In this document: positions 52,054 to 61,484 of the stretch, piece by piece
Position numbering within the stretch: position 1 is the first letter of the stretch
Layout of the letters: the number at the start of each line of letters is the position of its first letter
Source of the DNA: Oscillospiraceae bacterium
Lineage (GTDB): Bacteria; Bacillota; Clostridia; Oscillospirales; CAG-272
Assembly: GCA_015063645.1 (NCBI GenBank)
Contig: SVTS01000001.1
Span: 23,578 to 87,577 of the forward strand
Reading direction: 5' to 3'
DNA length: 64,000 nt
Notes under the pieces: generated by a model
The model's input: only the letters and a program-made list of their open reading frames with translations
What the model was told of the DNA's origin: nothing
The model's database searches: none
Made by a program: the position numbers and the translations under genes

Positions 52054-53523
52054 TTACGGCATTGCTTTTACTTTTTCAACAAAGTCCTTGATGATCTTGT
52101 TGACGGAAGAGGTCAGGGAGGTCAGCGTGGAGACGAGATTATCGCCCTGGTTCTGGTATACTTCGTTGATGGGGTTATTGATCTCGAGTTCCCAGCACAC
52201 ACGACCTGCGTCAAATGCAACGGAGCGGAATACGTAATCCAGCATATCGGAGGATTCGTTATCGCGTGCGAGACGGGCTTTCAGAAGAACTTCCTTATAA
52301 GCGGGAAGCAGATTCCACTGAGAATCAAAGCTCAGAGCCTCAAGAAGGATACCGACGTTTTCATAGTGCTTTGCATCTGCGGAACGGGGCAGCGTTGCAA
52401 TCTCACCGATGGAGGAACGGGTCAGATACTGGGATTGTTCTTCGTTCAGTTTCGGTGTGGGCAGGATAGCGAAATCAACGTCCTTATCACGGTAGTCGGC
52501 AATATTGATCAGGTAAATCTCGCTGAAGAGGCAGTCGCCCTCGGCGAAATCGATACCGGTATCGCCTCCATGGATGGACTGACCGTTGGAGGAATAGATC
52601 GTGGGCTCGCTCTTATACAGTTCCAGAAGATCCTGCATATAGTTTATCAGGCTTTCATTCTTCAGAACTTCGAAAACAGGATAGCCTTCTTTATCTTTAG
52701 TAACCAGCGTGTAGCCGGCGCCCTGCGTCAGTGCACCGACATATGCCTTCAGAGAAGATGCGCCGGTACCGATACGGTCGGTCTTACCGTCACCGTCCAG
52801 ATCAGCTACTGCCTTGCGGCAGATCTCGAAGAACTTATCCTGCGTCCATTTTCCGTCCTTGACAAGCTGGTACACATCATCCTTCAGCTGGAGGTTCTTA
52901 TAAATATCCTTATTCATCATCCATGCGGAGGTACCGGAGATGTAGCTGAGAGAAAGGTTGCCGGCTATGGCGATCTGTTTGTCACCCACACGGAAAACAT
53001 CCGTTGCAGGAGGGTTCCACCATTCCTTATCCAGGGAGAGATGCGGAATTGAATCCATATCGGCAAGGTAATCCACGTTGCCGAAGGTGTTTACGCCGTA
53101 CAGATAGATAATATCATACGTTGCGTCGCCCGACTGCACGATACTGGCAACCATACCGGAGGGAGTTTTTTCTCCGGTCACCTTGATCTTTGCGTTGAAG
53201 CGGTTCTGGATCTTATCGTTGCGGGTATAGATCGCGTCGTTGATCAGATCGGAAGTCATTTCCTCGGCATCAAGCTGGGTCACGGTCCACGTGAGCCATT
53301 CTGTATTATGGTGCAGAATGTTCATGGTGAAACCGTCCATATTGACGTCGCCCAGTCCGTCTGTGAGTTCTGTTTCCGCTGCGGTGGTTTCCTCAGCTGT
53401 AGTGGTATCTGCAGCAGCTGAGGTATCGTCAGCAGGTGCGGGAGCGTCCGAGCATGCAGCCATGGACGGAAGAACCATCATTGCTGCCAGCAAAAGGGAT
53501 AGGATTGAGTTTCTGCGTTTCAT
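52054..53523 (-). CDS. Extracellular solute-binding lipoprotein (ABC-type), no adjacent permeases
   Basis: 489 aa. Signal peptide with lipobox SMAAC followed by an Ala/Thr/Glu-rich linker. AAGGAG RBS. Confidence 0.7.
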   Translation of the reverse strand: MKRRNSILSLLLAAMMVLPSMAACSDAPAPADDTSAAADTTTAEETTAAETELTDGLGDVNMDGFTMNILHHNTEWLTWTVTQLDAEEMTSDLINDAIYTRNDKIQNRFNAKIKVTGEKTPSGMVASIVQSGDATYDIIYLYGVNTFGNVDYLADMDSIPHLSLDKEWWNPPATDVFRVGDKQIAIAGNLSLSYISGTSAWMMNKDIYKNLQLKDDVYQLVKDGKWTQDKFFEICRKAVADLDGDGKTDRIGTGASSLKAYVGALTQGAGYTLVTKDKEGYPVFEVLKNESLINYMQDLLELYKSEPTIYSSNGQSIHGGDTGIDFAEGDCLFSEIYLINIADYRDKDVDFAILPTPKLNEEQSQYLTRSSIGEIATLPRSADAKHYENVGILLEALSFDSQWNLLPAYKEVLLKARLARDNESSDMLDYVFRSVAFDAGRVCWELEINNPINEVYQNQGDNLVSTLTSLTSSVNKIIKDFVEKVKAMP

Positions 53524-53580
53524 GTTTATTCTCCTTTTCTACATGCATACATGTTCATATAGGGGTCAATTAACGATTTT

Positions 53581-53610
53581 ATTATACAACTCCATATAAG
53601 TTTTTGTCAA
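53581..53610 (-). promoter_or_regulatory. Promoter TTGACA-18-TATAAT for SBP gene
   Basis: On the minus strand, -35 is at 53605..53610 and -10 at 53581..53586. Confidence 0.45.
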
Positions 53611-53654
53611 CACAAAATAATAATATTTTGGGGATTTTATGCCTAATATTCATA

Positions 53655-53683
53655 TTGACATAGGTTTTTCGATCGTGTATAAT
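53655..53683 (+). promoter_or_regulatory. Consensus sigma-70 promoter (TTGACA-17-TATAAT) for regulator gene
   Basis: TTGACA at 53655..53660 and TATAAT at 53678..53683. A 12-bp palindrome TATACATGTATA at 53683..53694 overlaps the predicted start site. Confidence 0.55.
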
Positions 53684-53714
53684 ATACATGTATACCACAT
53701 CATGGGAGGATAAC

Positions 53715-54830
53715 ATGGAACATCACAACGGTTACAGGCAGATTTATGAAGAATTACGCCGGAGAATTGAAAACGGTACATACAAGCCGGGAGATCTTCT
53801 GCCTCCGGAACGGCTTCTGCAGGAAGAATGGAATGTGGAGAGGACAACCATACGGCGCGCGCTGACTCTCCTTGTGAGGGACGGACTGATCCTGAAACGA
53901 GCAGGCATCGGTTCTGTGGTTACCTCATCCATGCCGTTTTCACACAGCGAGCAGGCAGTCCCCCAGCATGATAATTCCTCCCAGCTTCTCGGAATGGTTG
54001 TTGCCAACGGCGGAGGAAGATCCGCAAAAGCACTGCGCACCCACAATTTTATCGGTCCCGTCAGCAATGCGTTCTCATATCTCGGACTTGAGCAGGGATT
54101 TCAGGTTTTCACTACAGTCACCACCTATCCGACAGCGGACATAGGACTGCTGGATCTTCTGAAAGCGTGCCGGGGGATCATCTGGGCGGACAATGTTCCG
54201 CAGAAAATGCTGGAGGAAGCGAGAAGACGGCAAATCCCCTCCGTTCTGATGTCCCAGCGCCTGCGCGGATTCCGCAGTGTGGTCATTGACAACGAGGACG
54301 GAATGCGGCAGATTGTTGCTCATCTGCACGGACTCGGTCACCGGAATATCGCATACATCGGCGGTGACTCCATGTTTTACAACAGTATCGAGCGGCGCAA
54401 AGCGTTTATTGCGGCGATGAATGCCTGCGGACTGCCCGCGCGGGAAGAATTGATCAGCACGTTCGGCTGGTCTGAGCAGGAAGCAGCCAGAATGGCGGAA
54501 ATCATTCTGATGAAACATCCGGAGGTAACTGCTATCTGTGCGGCAAACGACAGAATGGCGGATGCAGTTATCCGCACTCTGCGGGCACGGGGAACACGGA
54601 TTCCTGAGGATATTTCCGTAACCGGCTTCGGTGCTGCGGACTTCTCTGCCCTGCTTCCCATTCCGCCTACAACAATAAAAACGGATTATATGCATTTCGC
54701 ACGCGAACTCTTCAATGCGCTTCTGCTTGAAATGGAAAATCCTTGGCAGAATCCGTCCACTGTTTTCGTGGAGACAGAATTGCTTCCCCGCGCATCTACC
54801 GGAAGCGTTTCTCCGTATGCACTGCGCTGA
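53715..54830 (+). CDS. GntR-type HTH fused to LacI/PBP1-type sugar-binding domain regulator
   Basis: Start at ATG 53715 with a GGGAGGA RBS. N-terminal GntR winged helix (YRQIYEELRRRIENGTYKPGDLLPPERLLQEEWNVERTTIRRAL). The C-terminal part resembles a periplasmic-binding-protein fold. Confidence 0.75.
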   Translation: MEHHNGYRQIYEELRRRIENGTYKPGDLLPPERLLQEEWNVERTTIRRALTLLVRDGLILKRAGIGSVVTSSMPFSHSEQAVPQHDNSSQLLGMVVANGGGRSAKALRTHNFIGPVSNAFSYLGLEQGFQVFTTVTTYPTADIGLLDLLKACRGIIWADNVPQKMLEEARRRQIPSVLMSQRLRGFRSVVIDNEDGMRQIVAHLHGLGHRNIAYIGGDSMFYNSIERRKAFIAAMNACGLPAREELISTFGWSEQEAARMAEIILMKHPEVTAICAANDRMADAVIRTLRARGTRIPEDISVTGFGAADFSALLPIPPTTIKTDYMHFARELFNALLLEMENPWQNPSTVFVETELLPRASTGSVSPYALR

Positions 54831-54944
54831 AGGAGGATTCGAATTGTGCACATTGTACAATTTATATAATTTTCCATATTTTTTTATTCAACCTATTTCC
54901 TTTTTTATTAAGATATGATACAATGAATAAAGTATTATCTGCAT

Positions 54945-57308
54945 TTGAATTCGGGGGTGGACTCTATAAAAAGAAAGTATTTATCCTGTTTATTTGTCAT
55001 CTGTTTTCTTCTTTGCATGCTTTGTGCGTGCGGCAGAGATTCAAAATCCGATCAGGCAAAGGACGGTACTGTCCGCGTGATGGTTGCAGTCGATGAAGGA
55101 ATCACTGTGATGCCGGATGCGGTTCTGGATCTGAATCCCGGTGAGGATGCTGTGTTCACGCTGCAATTCGCCGAGGGATTTGCCTTTGAGTCGGCAACGT
55201 GCGGTGAGTTCGATGCTGAAAGCGGCACACTGACGCTGCGCGCGGTGGAAAAAGCAACGCTTATCACGGTGAAATCTCAGACAGCTAAAATTCCTGAGGA
55301 AGCAGATATCCGTTTTCTGCTGAAAAGCACCAGCGATGATGACAAGGCTTCGGTTTCCGGGTACGGTTTTGTCCGGGACGGTGAGCAGATCCGCGTATAT
55401 GCCGGCAACAACCGGCGGAAGTTCGAGGGATGGTCCTTTGGATCAGACGGTGAAATTGTTTCCACCGATCGGAAATTCATTTTCAAAGTTGACCGTGACC
55501 TGGCAGAAGACGGTGTGTTCATTGTCCGTCCTCACTACAGCAGTGTAAGCAAGTTTTATTATGATGCCAACGGCGGCGTAATTGACAAAACCACTGACAA
55601 TGCCAAAGGCAACAATTATACCAGAGCCATTGTCAGCGGAAACCGGATAGAAATTACGCTGACTTCCTCGTATCTTGAGAAGATGAGTTGTGCCACGGCG
55701 TTCTGGAACGACGGAACGTTTTCCAGAGAAGGATATATATTAAAGGAATACAACACGTCTCCCGACGGCAAGGGGGAAGCATATCAGCCCGGTTCCAAGG
55801 TATATGCCTACACCGGTGATGACAGCGATTTCGTTCTCTACTGCATCTGGGAAAAAGTTTCGGAAGCGGATTTTACCTATGAACCGTATTCCATGCCACT
55901 TCCCTCCGGCGTCAAGAAACAGCATGCGCCTGACTGGCGTACCGACGGTGTGATCATAACGGAATACAAGGGAAATGCCGATACGCTGATTATTCCGGAA
56001 TATCTGGAAGGCAAGCCCGTCATTGCCATCCGCAGCGGTGCGGTGAGCAACAAGAAATTCACCACGCTCTATCTCTCCCGTACTCTGCAGGAAGTACAGG
56101 ACGGTGCGTTCAGCGGTTGTTCCTCTTTGAAAACGCTGTACTTCCCCGGCGGAATCTGGAATATGGGCAACGATGCATTTGACGCTGCCACCTACAAAAA
56201 CTGGACGAAGTTCTACGTATACGCCAGCATTGCGCCGCGGTATTCCACAGCGGAGGCGGGAGCGTTCGGCATCCGGCTCTCCAGAATTATTTCCACAGCA
56301 GACGAGAACCGCCTGGTGGCTATCGCCGGTTCTTCCATGTATCAGAGTCTCGGATCCGCCTATCTGGAGGCGCTTCTGGATTACGATTATGCGGTCATCA
56401 ATTTCGGAACGATCCGCATGACGCACGGTCCATTGTATATGGAAGCCATGCAGCATTATCTGGGAGACGGGGACATTGTTCTCTTCGCTCCGGAAAACAG
56501 CATTTACATGATGGGTGACAACGGACTGCGCACCAGCACGATCCGGGATATGGAATGCATGTATGAGCTGTTCCAGCATGTGGATATTTCCAAGTACACC
56601 AACGTATTCGGTGCGTTCCGGGATCAGAATCAGGAGAATTCCTACAAGCGCGCTCCCGGTTTTTATGACAATGTTGCCGGGTATGCGGGCATGAATGCCC
56701 ACGGTGACGATGTCAAGAAGGCAAAAGCCGGTTATGTGGGCACCACAGGCGTCACATACAATGAAGCATATTACATCCTGTTCAGCAGCCGGTACAAATC
56801 CACCGGCGAGGGAACGTGGAAAAATGCCAAGGATCAGCTGGACTACACGGACGACCGTTACTGGGTGGATATCAATACTTCCCCCTATATGGATATGATG
56901 AACCGTATCATCCGTACGGTACAGGCTGACGGCACCAAGGTCTTCTTCGGATTTGCTCCTTCGGATGAATACCGTACTTTTGATGTGGCGAAAAACAGAG
57001 ACTGGCTCGCCGCTTATGACAAGCTGATGAAGGAAACGTACTGTTTTGACGGTATTCTCGGTTCCTGCCACGAGTACATTTACAACCATCAGTACTTCTA
57101 TGACTGTGCTTATCACACGAACAATTACGGCAGAACCTGGCACACATACAATTTCTACACCGATCTCTGTCCGCTGCTCGGTCGTGAAATTCTGTATCAG
57201 AACGGCGAAGTCGGCACTTATTTCGAGGGTTGTCTCTTCGAAAAGGACGCGGACGGAAATCTGCTTACTTCCCCAAAATTCCCCGTGGAATTTTTAAGCG
57301 GCAAGTAA
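54945..57308 (+). CDS. Surface lipoprotein P1: B-repeat (Listeria/Bacteroides-repeat-like) + LRR-like segment + SGNH/DltD-like domain
   Basis: 787 aa. The start is uncertain (TTG 54945 or GTG 54957, no good RBS). Lipobox MLCAC. B-repeat-like GYILKEYNTSPDGKGEAY...LYCIWEK. Conserved GSS (AIAGSSMYQ) and DCAYHTNNYG motifs. Confidence 0.65.
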   Translation: MNSGVDSIKRKYLSCLFVICFLLCMLCACGRDSKSDQAKDGTVRVMVAVDEGITVMPDAVLDLNPGEDAVFTLQFAEGFAFESATCGEFDAESGTLTLRAVEKATLITVKSQTAKIPEEADIRFLLKSTSDDDKASVSGYGFVRDGEQIRVYAGNNRRKFEGWSFGSDGEIVSTDRKFIFKVDRDLAEDGVFIVRPHYSSVSKFYYDANGGVIDKTTDNAKGNNYTRAIVSGNRIEITLTSSYLEKMSCATAFWNDGTFSREGYILKEYNTSPDGKGEAYQPGSKVYAYTGDDSDFVLYCIWEKVSEADFTYEPYSMPLPSGVKKQHAPDWRTDGVIITEYKGNADTLIIPEYLEGKPVIAIRSGAVSNKKFTTLYLSRTLQEVQDGAFSGCSSLKTLYFPGGIWNMGNDAFDAATYKNWTKFYVYASIAPRYSTAEAGAFGIRLSRIISTADENRLVAIAGSSMYQSLGSAYLEALLDYDYAVINFGTIRMTHGPLYMEAMQHYLGDGDIVLFAPENSIYMMGDNGLRTSTIRDMECMYELFQHVDISKYTNVFGAFRDQNQENSYKRAPGFYDNVAGYAGMNAHGDDVKKAKAGYVGTTGVTYNEAYYILFSSRYKSTGEGTWKNAKDQLDYTDDRYWVDINTSPYMDMMNRIIRTVQADGTKVFFGFAPSDEYRTFDVAKNRDWLAAYDKLMKETYCFDGILGSCHEYIYNHQYFYDCAYHTNNYGRTWHTYNFYTDLCPLLGREILYQNGEVGTYFEGCLFEKDADGNLLTSPKFPVEFLSGK

Positions 57309-57363
57309 TCTGTTCCCTTTATATGCAAACGGGTAATCCGTAAAAAGAAAGAGGTAACCGTAC

Positions 57364-59724
57364 ATGAAAAAGCATCGTTTTCTTCCATTTATTGCGATCC
57401 TCGTCCTCTTGTGCATGACATTTTCAGCTTGCAATTCTACCTCTGATACAATCGGTTCTGACGTTCCCGGCGATACTGCTTCCGCAGAAACAGTCCGTGT
57501 TATGGTAAGTGCTTCCGAGGGTATTACGGTTCTGCCCCAGGCAGTACTGGACGTTGCTCCCGGAGAAGATGCAGTCTTTACGCTCCAGTTTGCCGAGAAT
57601 TATGTATTCACCAGCGCGGATGCCGGGGTTTATAATGCCGACAGCGGCACACTTACACTGGCTGATGTAACAAAGGCGACCATGATCACGGTTGTGGCGG
57701 AAAAACTGGAATTCGACACCAGTGTAAAAGTGGATTACGTACTGAAGAGTTCCGCTTCTGCAGATGTATCCTCTGTCCCCAGCGGTTCTCAGGTAAATCT
57801 CGGCACGGTGATCACGGTCACCGCAGGAGATCTGGCAAGACATTTCACAGGATGGTCTCTCGGCACAAGCGACGAGATTGTTTCTACGGACCGTTCCTAC
57901 ACGTTCCGTGTTACGCCTGATATTGTCAAGGATTCCGCGCTGCACATCAAGCCCAACTACACCTCCATGAACGTATTCAGCTACAACGCCAACGGCGGCA
58001 CAATCAACAAGAATACGGTCAACGCCAAGGGTAACAAGCTGTCCACCACAACGATTGCGGGAGACAAGCTCACTGTCAGCCTTGCGACCAATTATCTGGC
58101 GAAGATCAGCTGTGCTACCGCCTTTTGGAATGACGGTACGTTTACCCGCGACGGTTATGTTCTGAAAGAGTACAACACCAAAGCGGACGGAAGCGGCACT
58201 ACGGTTCTTCCCGGCGACAAGTTCTATCAGGTTAATCCCGATGGCGGCGAATATATTCTGTACTGCATCTGGGAAAAAGCCGACACCGCCGGTTTTACCT
58301 TTGACAACTATACCATGGCGCTGCCGAAAGGCATCAAGGCATCCAATGCCCCGGACTGGAAGACAGACGGTGTAATTATCACCGGCTATATCGGATCGGC
58401 TGAAACGCTGGTTATTCCCGAATACATCAACGGAAAGCCTGTTATCGCCATTCAGAAGGGTGCCATCAAGAATCAGAAATTTACAACGCTGTATCTGTCC
58501 CGCACTCTGCAGGAAGTACAGGATGGTGCGATTGTCGGCTGTTCTTCCATGAAGCGTCTCTACTTCCCTTCCGGCATCTGGTCCATGAAAGATGAGGCTT
58601 TTGATGACGGCACATATTCCAAGTGGAGAGAGTTTTATGTATACGCCAGCATCGCCCCCCGCTACTCCAATGCAGAAGCGGGAGCTTACGGTCTGAAGCT
58701 TTCCCGCATTCTCGCCTCCCAGGATCGGAACCGCATTATTGCTATTGCAGGTTCCTCCACGCTTCAGGGTCTCGGAACGGAGTATCTGGAAGCACTGCTG
58801 GATCATGAGTATGTGGTTGTCAACTTCGGCACGACCCGTACGACCCACGGTTCCCTCTATCTGGAAGCCATGCAGAACTTCGCGCACAAGAACGATATCG
58901 TTATCTTTGCACCGGAGAACAGTATCTACATGATGGGTGACACCGCTCTGTACTGGAAGACCATCCGCGACATGGAGTCCCTGTATCAGCTGTTCCGCTA
59001 TGTGGATATTTCCGAATACAGTGATGTTTTTGATGCATTCTGTGAGCAGAATCAGGAATATGCCTACAAACGCGGTCCCCGCAGCTACGAGGACAGTGTC
59101 AATGTCGGCGGCATGAACATGTACGGCGACGATGTGAAAAAGAACAAGAACGGTTATGTCAACTCTTCTTCAACAAAATTCATTGAAGCATACAACCTGA
59201 CGTTCAACAACCGCTTCAAATCCGTCAATGAAGGACAGTGGGAGAACGCCGGTTTCCAGAACGATTACACGCATGACAGCTACTGGGTCAGCATTGATCA
59301 GTCCCCCTATGTGGATCAGATCAACCGCGTGGCGGATCTTGTCAAGAAGACCGGTGCCAAGGTGTACTTCGGTTTCGCGCCGTCCGATGCCAAGGCTGTT
59401 ATTGAGGAAGCGAAGAGCACAACCTGGCTGGATGCCTATGACAAGCTGATCAAAGAAGCATTCACCTTCGACGGTATTGTGGGTTCCTGCAAGAATTACA
59501 TTTATGCACATGAGTATTTCTTTGACTGTGCATTCCACACCAACAACTACGGCAGAAGCTGGCGTACTTACTATCTCTACACCGATCTCTGTGATATTCT
59601 CGGCAAGGAAGTGAAGTACAAGAACGGTGATCTTGGCACGGATTTCGATCAGTGTCTCTTTGAAAAGGGATCCGACGGCAAGGTTCTCACCGAACCCAAG
59701 TACAAAGTGGATTTTGTTAACTGA
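57364..59724 (+). CDS. Surface lipoprotein P2, tandem paralog of P1
   Basis: 786 aa with a GAAAGAGG RBS and lipobox TFSAC. Colinear with P1 (for example TLYLSRTLQEVQDGA and FYVYASIAPRYS are identical in both). AIAGSSTLQ and DCAFHTNNYG motifs. Confidence 0.75.
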   Translation: MKKHRFLPFIAILVLLCMTFSACNSTSDTIGSDVPGDTASAETVRVMVSASEGITVLPQAVLDVAPGEDAVFTLQFAENYVFTSADAGVYNADSGTLTLADVTKATMITVVAEKLEFDTSVKVDYVLKSSASADVSSVPSGSQVNLGTVITVTAGDLARHFTGWSLGTSDEIVSTDRSYTFRVTPDIVKDSALHIKPNYTSMNVFSYNANGGTINKNTVNAKGNKLSTTTIAGDKLTVSLATNYLAKISCATAFWNDGTFTRDGYVLKEYNTKADGSGTTVLPGDKFYQVNPDGGEYILYCIWEKADTAGFTFDNYTMALPKGIKASNAPDWKTDGVIITGYIGSAETLVIPEYINGKPVIAIQKGAIKNQKFTTLYLSRTLQEVQDGAIVGCSSMKRLYFPSGIWSMKDEAFDDGTYSKWREFYVYASIAPRYSNAEAGAYGLKLSRILASQDRNRIIAIAGSSTLQGLGTEYLEALLDHEYVVVNFGTTRTTHGSLYLEAMQNFAHKNDIVIFAPENSIYMMGDTALYWKTIRDMESLYQLFRYVDISEYSDVFDAFCEQNQEYAYKRGPRSYEDSVNVGGMNMYGDDVKKNKNGYVNSSSTKFIEAYNLTFNNRFKSVNEGQWENAGFQNDYTHDSYWVSIDQSPYVDQINRVADLVKKTGAKVYFGFAPSDAKAVIEEAKSTTWLDAYDKLIKEAFTFDGIVGSCKNYIYAHEYFFDCAFHTNNYGRSWRTYYLYTDLCDILGKEVKYKNGDLGTDFDQCLFEKGSDGKVLTEPKYKVDFVN

Positions 59725-59744
59725 TTTGAGGGTATAAACTGCCT

Positions 59745-60020
59745 ATGACTGTACTGCTTACTGTATTACTCATTGCCGTTTCTGCGGCGATCATCGTGCT
59801 GCACGCTCTGTCTGTTTTCGGACAGAGCCGTACGGCACGCATCTCCACGTATTTTTCCCTCGCCATGCACATCATTCTGTTCACGGTGATGCTGCTGATG
59901 GCGCTTCCCATGGATGCGGCTGTACTCATTTTCCTGTCATCCGTACTCATTTATTCCTCGCTGCACGCTTTGCGGTATTTCCGCAAAGAAAGCGGGAAAA
60001 AGGAGGGTGAGGAAGCATGA
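59745..60020 (+). CDS. Small 3-TM membrane protein, translationally coupled to MBOAT gene
   Basis: 91 aa with three hydrophobic helices and a charged C-terminal tail. Its stop overlaps the MBOAT start (ATGA at 60017..60020). Confidence 0.5.
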   Translation: MTVLLTVLLIAVSAAIIVLHALSVFGQSRTARISTYFSLAMHIILFTVMLLMALPMDAAVLIFLSSVLIYSSLHALRYFRKESGKKEGEEA

Positions 60021-61474
60021 CATTCAACTCCTGGGAATTTCTGATTTTCTATCCTCTTGTGGCGCTGCTCTATTTTGTACTTCCCAAAAAACTCGTCTGG
60101 CCGATGCTGCTGGCGGCAAGCTACTACTTCTACATGTGCTATCAGCCGGATCTGGTTTTTCTGATTGTCGGAACAACGCTGATCTCCTGGATCGCCTCCC
60201 ATATTATCACCAGAAGTGCAAATCAGAAAGTCAGAAAAATCTGGCTTGCTCTCACGCTGATTGTATGTCTCGGCGTACTGTTCTTCTACAAGTATTTCAA
60301 TTTCCTCGCCGGCAGTGTGGTGGGCATTATTGAAATGTTCGGCGGAACGCCGTCCCCCATCGCACTGAATCTGATTCTGCCGGTGGGTATTTCGTTCTAC
60401 ACCTTCCAGACGCTTTCTTATGTAATCGATGTATACCGCGGCGACGTACAGCCGGAGAAGAACTTCTTCTTCTATGCACTGTTCGTGTCCTTCTTCCCGC
60501 AGTTGGTTGCAGGTCCGATTGAACGTCCCGATAATCTGATTCCTCAGCTCCGCGAGCGTCATGCGTGGGATAATGACAATGCGGTCAAGGGTGCCAAGCA
60601 CATGATCGTCGGTTTCTTCAAGAAAATCATTGTCGCCGACGGCATTTCGATCTATGTGGATGCGGTTTACAACAATACGGAAAACGCCTCCGCTTTTGCC
60701 GTTATTATCGCAACGATGCTCTTTGCGGTACAGATTTACTGCGATTTCTCCGGCTATACGGACATCGCCATCGGCTGTGCGCGCATCATGGGCATCCGTC
60801 TGATGCAGAACTTTGACCATCCTTACATGGCTACGTCCATCAAGGAATTCTGGTCCAGATGGCACATCTCCCTGTCCTCCTGGTTCAAGGATTATCTGTA
60901 CTTTCCTCTGGGCGGAAGCCGCTGTGCTCTTCCCCGTGCGCTTATGAATCTGATGATCGTGTTCCTCGTCTCCGGTCTGTGGCACGGTGCCGCATGGACC
61001 TATGTGATCTGGGGCGGCATTCACGGCATTTATCAGATCATCGGCAGACTTACATGGAAAAAGCGCAATGCTCTTCTGGCAAAGCGCGGTCTCAGCGAGA
61101 ATTCGCCTGTAATTGCGTGGATCAGACGCTTTAACGTATTCCTGCTTGTTTGCTTTGCATGGATGTTCTTCCGCGCGAACAGCACGGCGGATGCGTTCTA
61201 TCTGGTCGGCAGACTGTTTACCGGCTGGGATGTCGGTCTCGGCGGCGCACTTGCCGCCATGGAGCTTACGCCCGTTGCTGTTCTGACGGTTCTCGTTTCC
61301 ATTCTTACGCTGATCATCATTGACAGACTTCTGACTTATGATGATGCACCGGACGGTTCCGGCATGCTCGTGCAGAACGGTGCATTCATGTACTATGTCT
61401 GGGTGATCCTGTTCTTCTGGGGACTGCTCCTCTCGAAGAATCTGACCAGCACATTTATCTATTTCCAGTTCTGA
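60017..61474 (+). CDS. MBOAT family membrane-bound O-acyltransferase (AlgI/DltB/PatA-like)
   Basis: 485 aa. Typical N-terminus MTFNSWEFLIFYPL, FYTFQTLSYVIDVYRG, and the invariant-His block VSGLWHGAAW (His323 codon at 60983..60985). Confidence 0.9.
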   Translation: MTFNSWEFLIFYPLVALLYFVLPKKLVWPMLLAASYYFYMCYQPDLVFLIVGTTLISWIASHIITRSANQKVRKIWLALTLIVCLGVLFFYKYFNFLAGSVVGIIEMFGGTPSPIALNLILPVGISFYTFQTLSYVIDVYRGDVQPEKNFFFYALFVSFFPQLVAGPIERPDNLIPQLRERHAWDNDNAVKGAKHMIVGFFKKIIVADGISIYVDAVYNNTENASAFAVIIATMLFAVQIYCDFSGYTDIAIGCARIMGIRLMQNFDHPYMATSIKEFWSRWHISLSSWFKDYLYFPLGGSRCALPRALMNLMIVFLVSGLWHGAAWTYVIWGGIHGIYQIIGRLTWKKRNALLAKRGLSENSPVIAWIRRFNVFLLVCFAWMFFRANSTADAFYLVGRLFTGWDVGLGGALAAMELTPVAVLTVLVSILTLIIIDRLLTYDDAPDGSGMLVQNGAFMYYVWVILFFWGLLLSKNLTSTFIYFQF

Positions 61475-61484
61475 GGAGGGCCGC

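Noticed and set aside
54743-55096. Alternative-frame ORF with ATG at 54923 (MNKVLSAFEFGGG...) overlapping the P1 start.
   Set aside because: It terminates after 58 codons from that ATG and has no similarity to P2. The P1 frame aligns with P2 over its whole length. It is kept only as a caveat about the P1 start.
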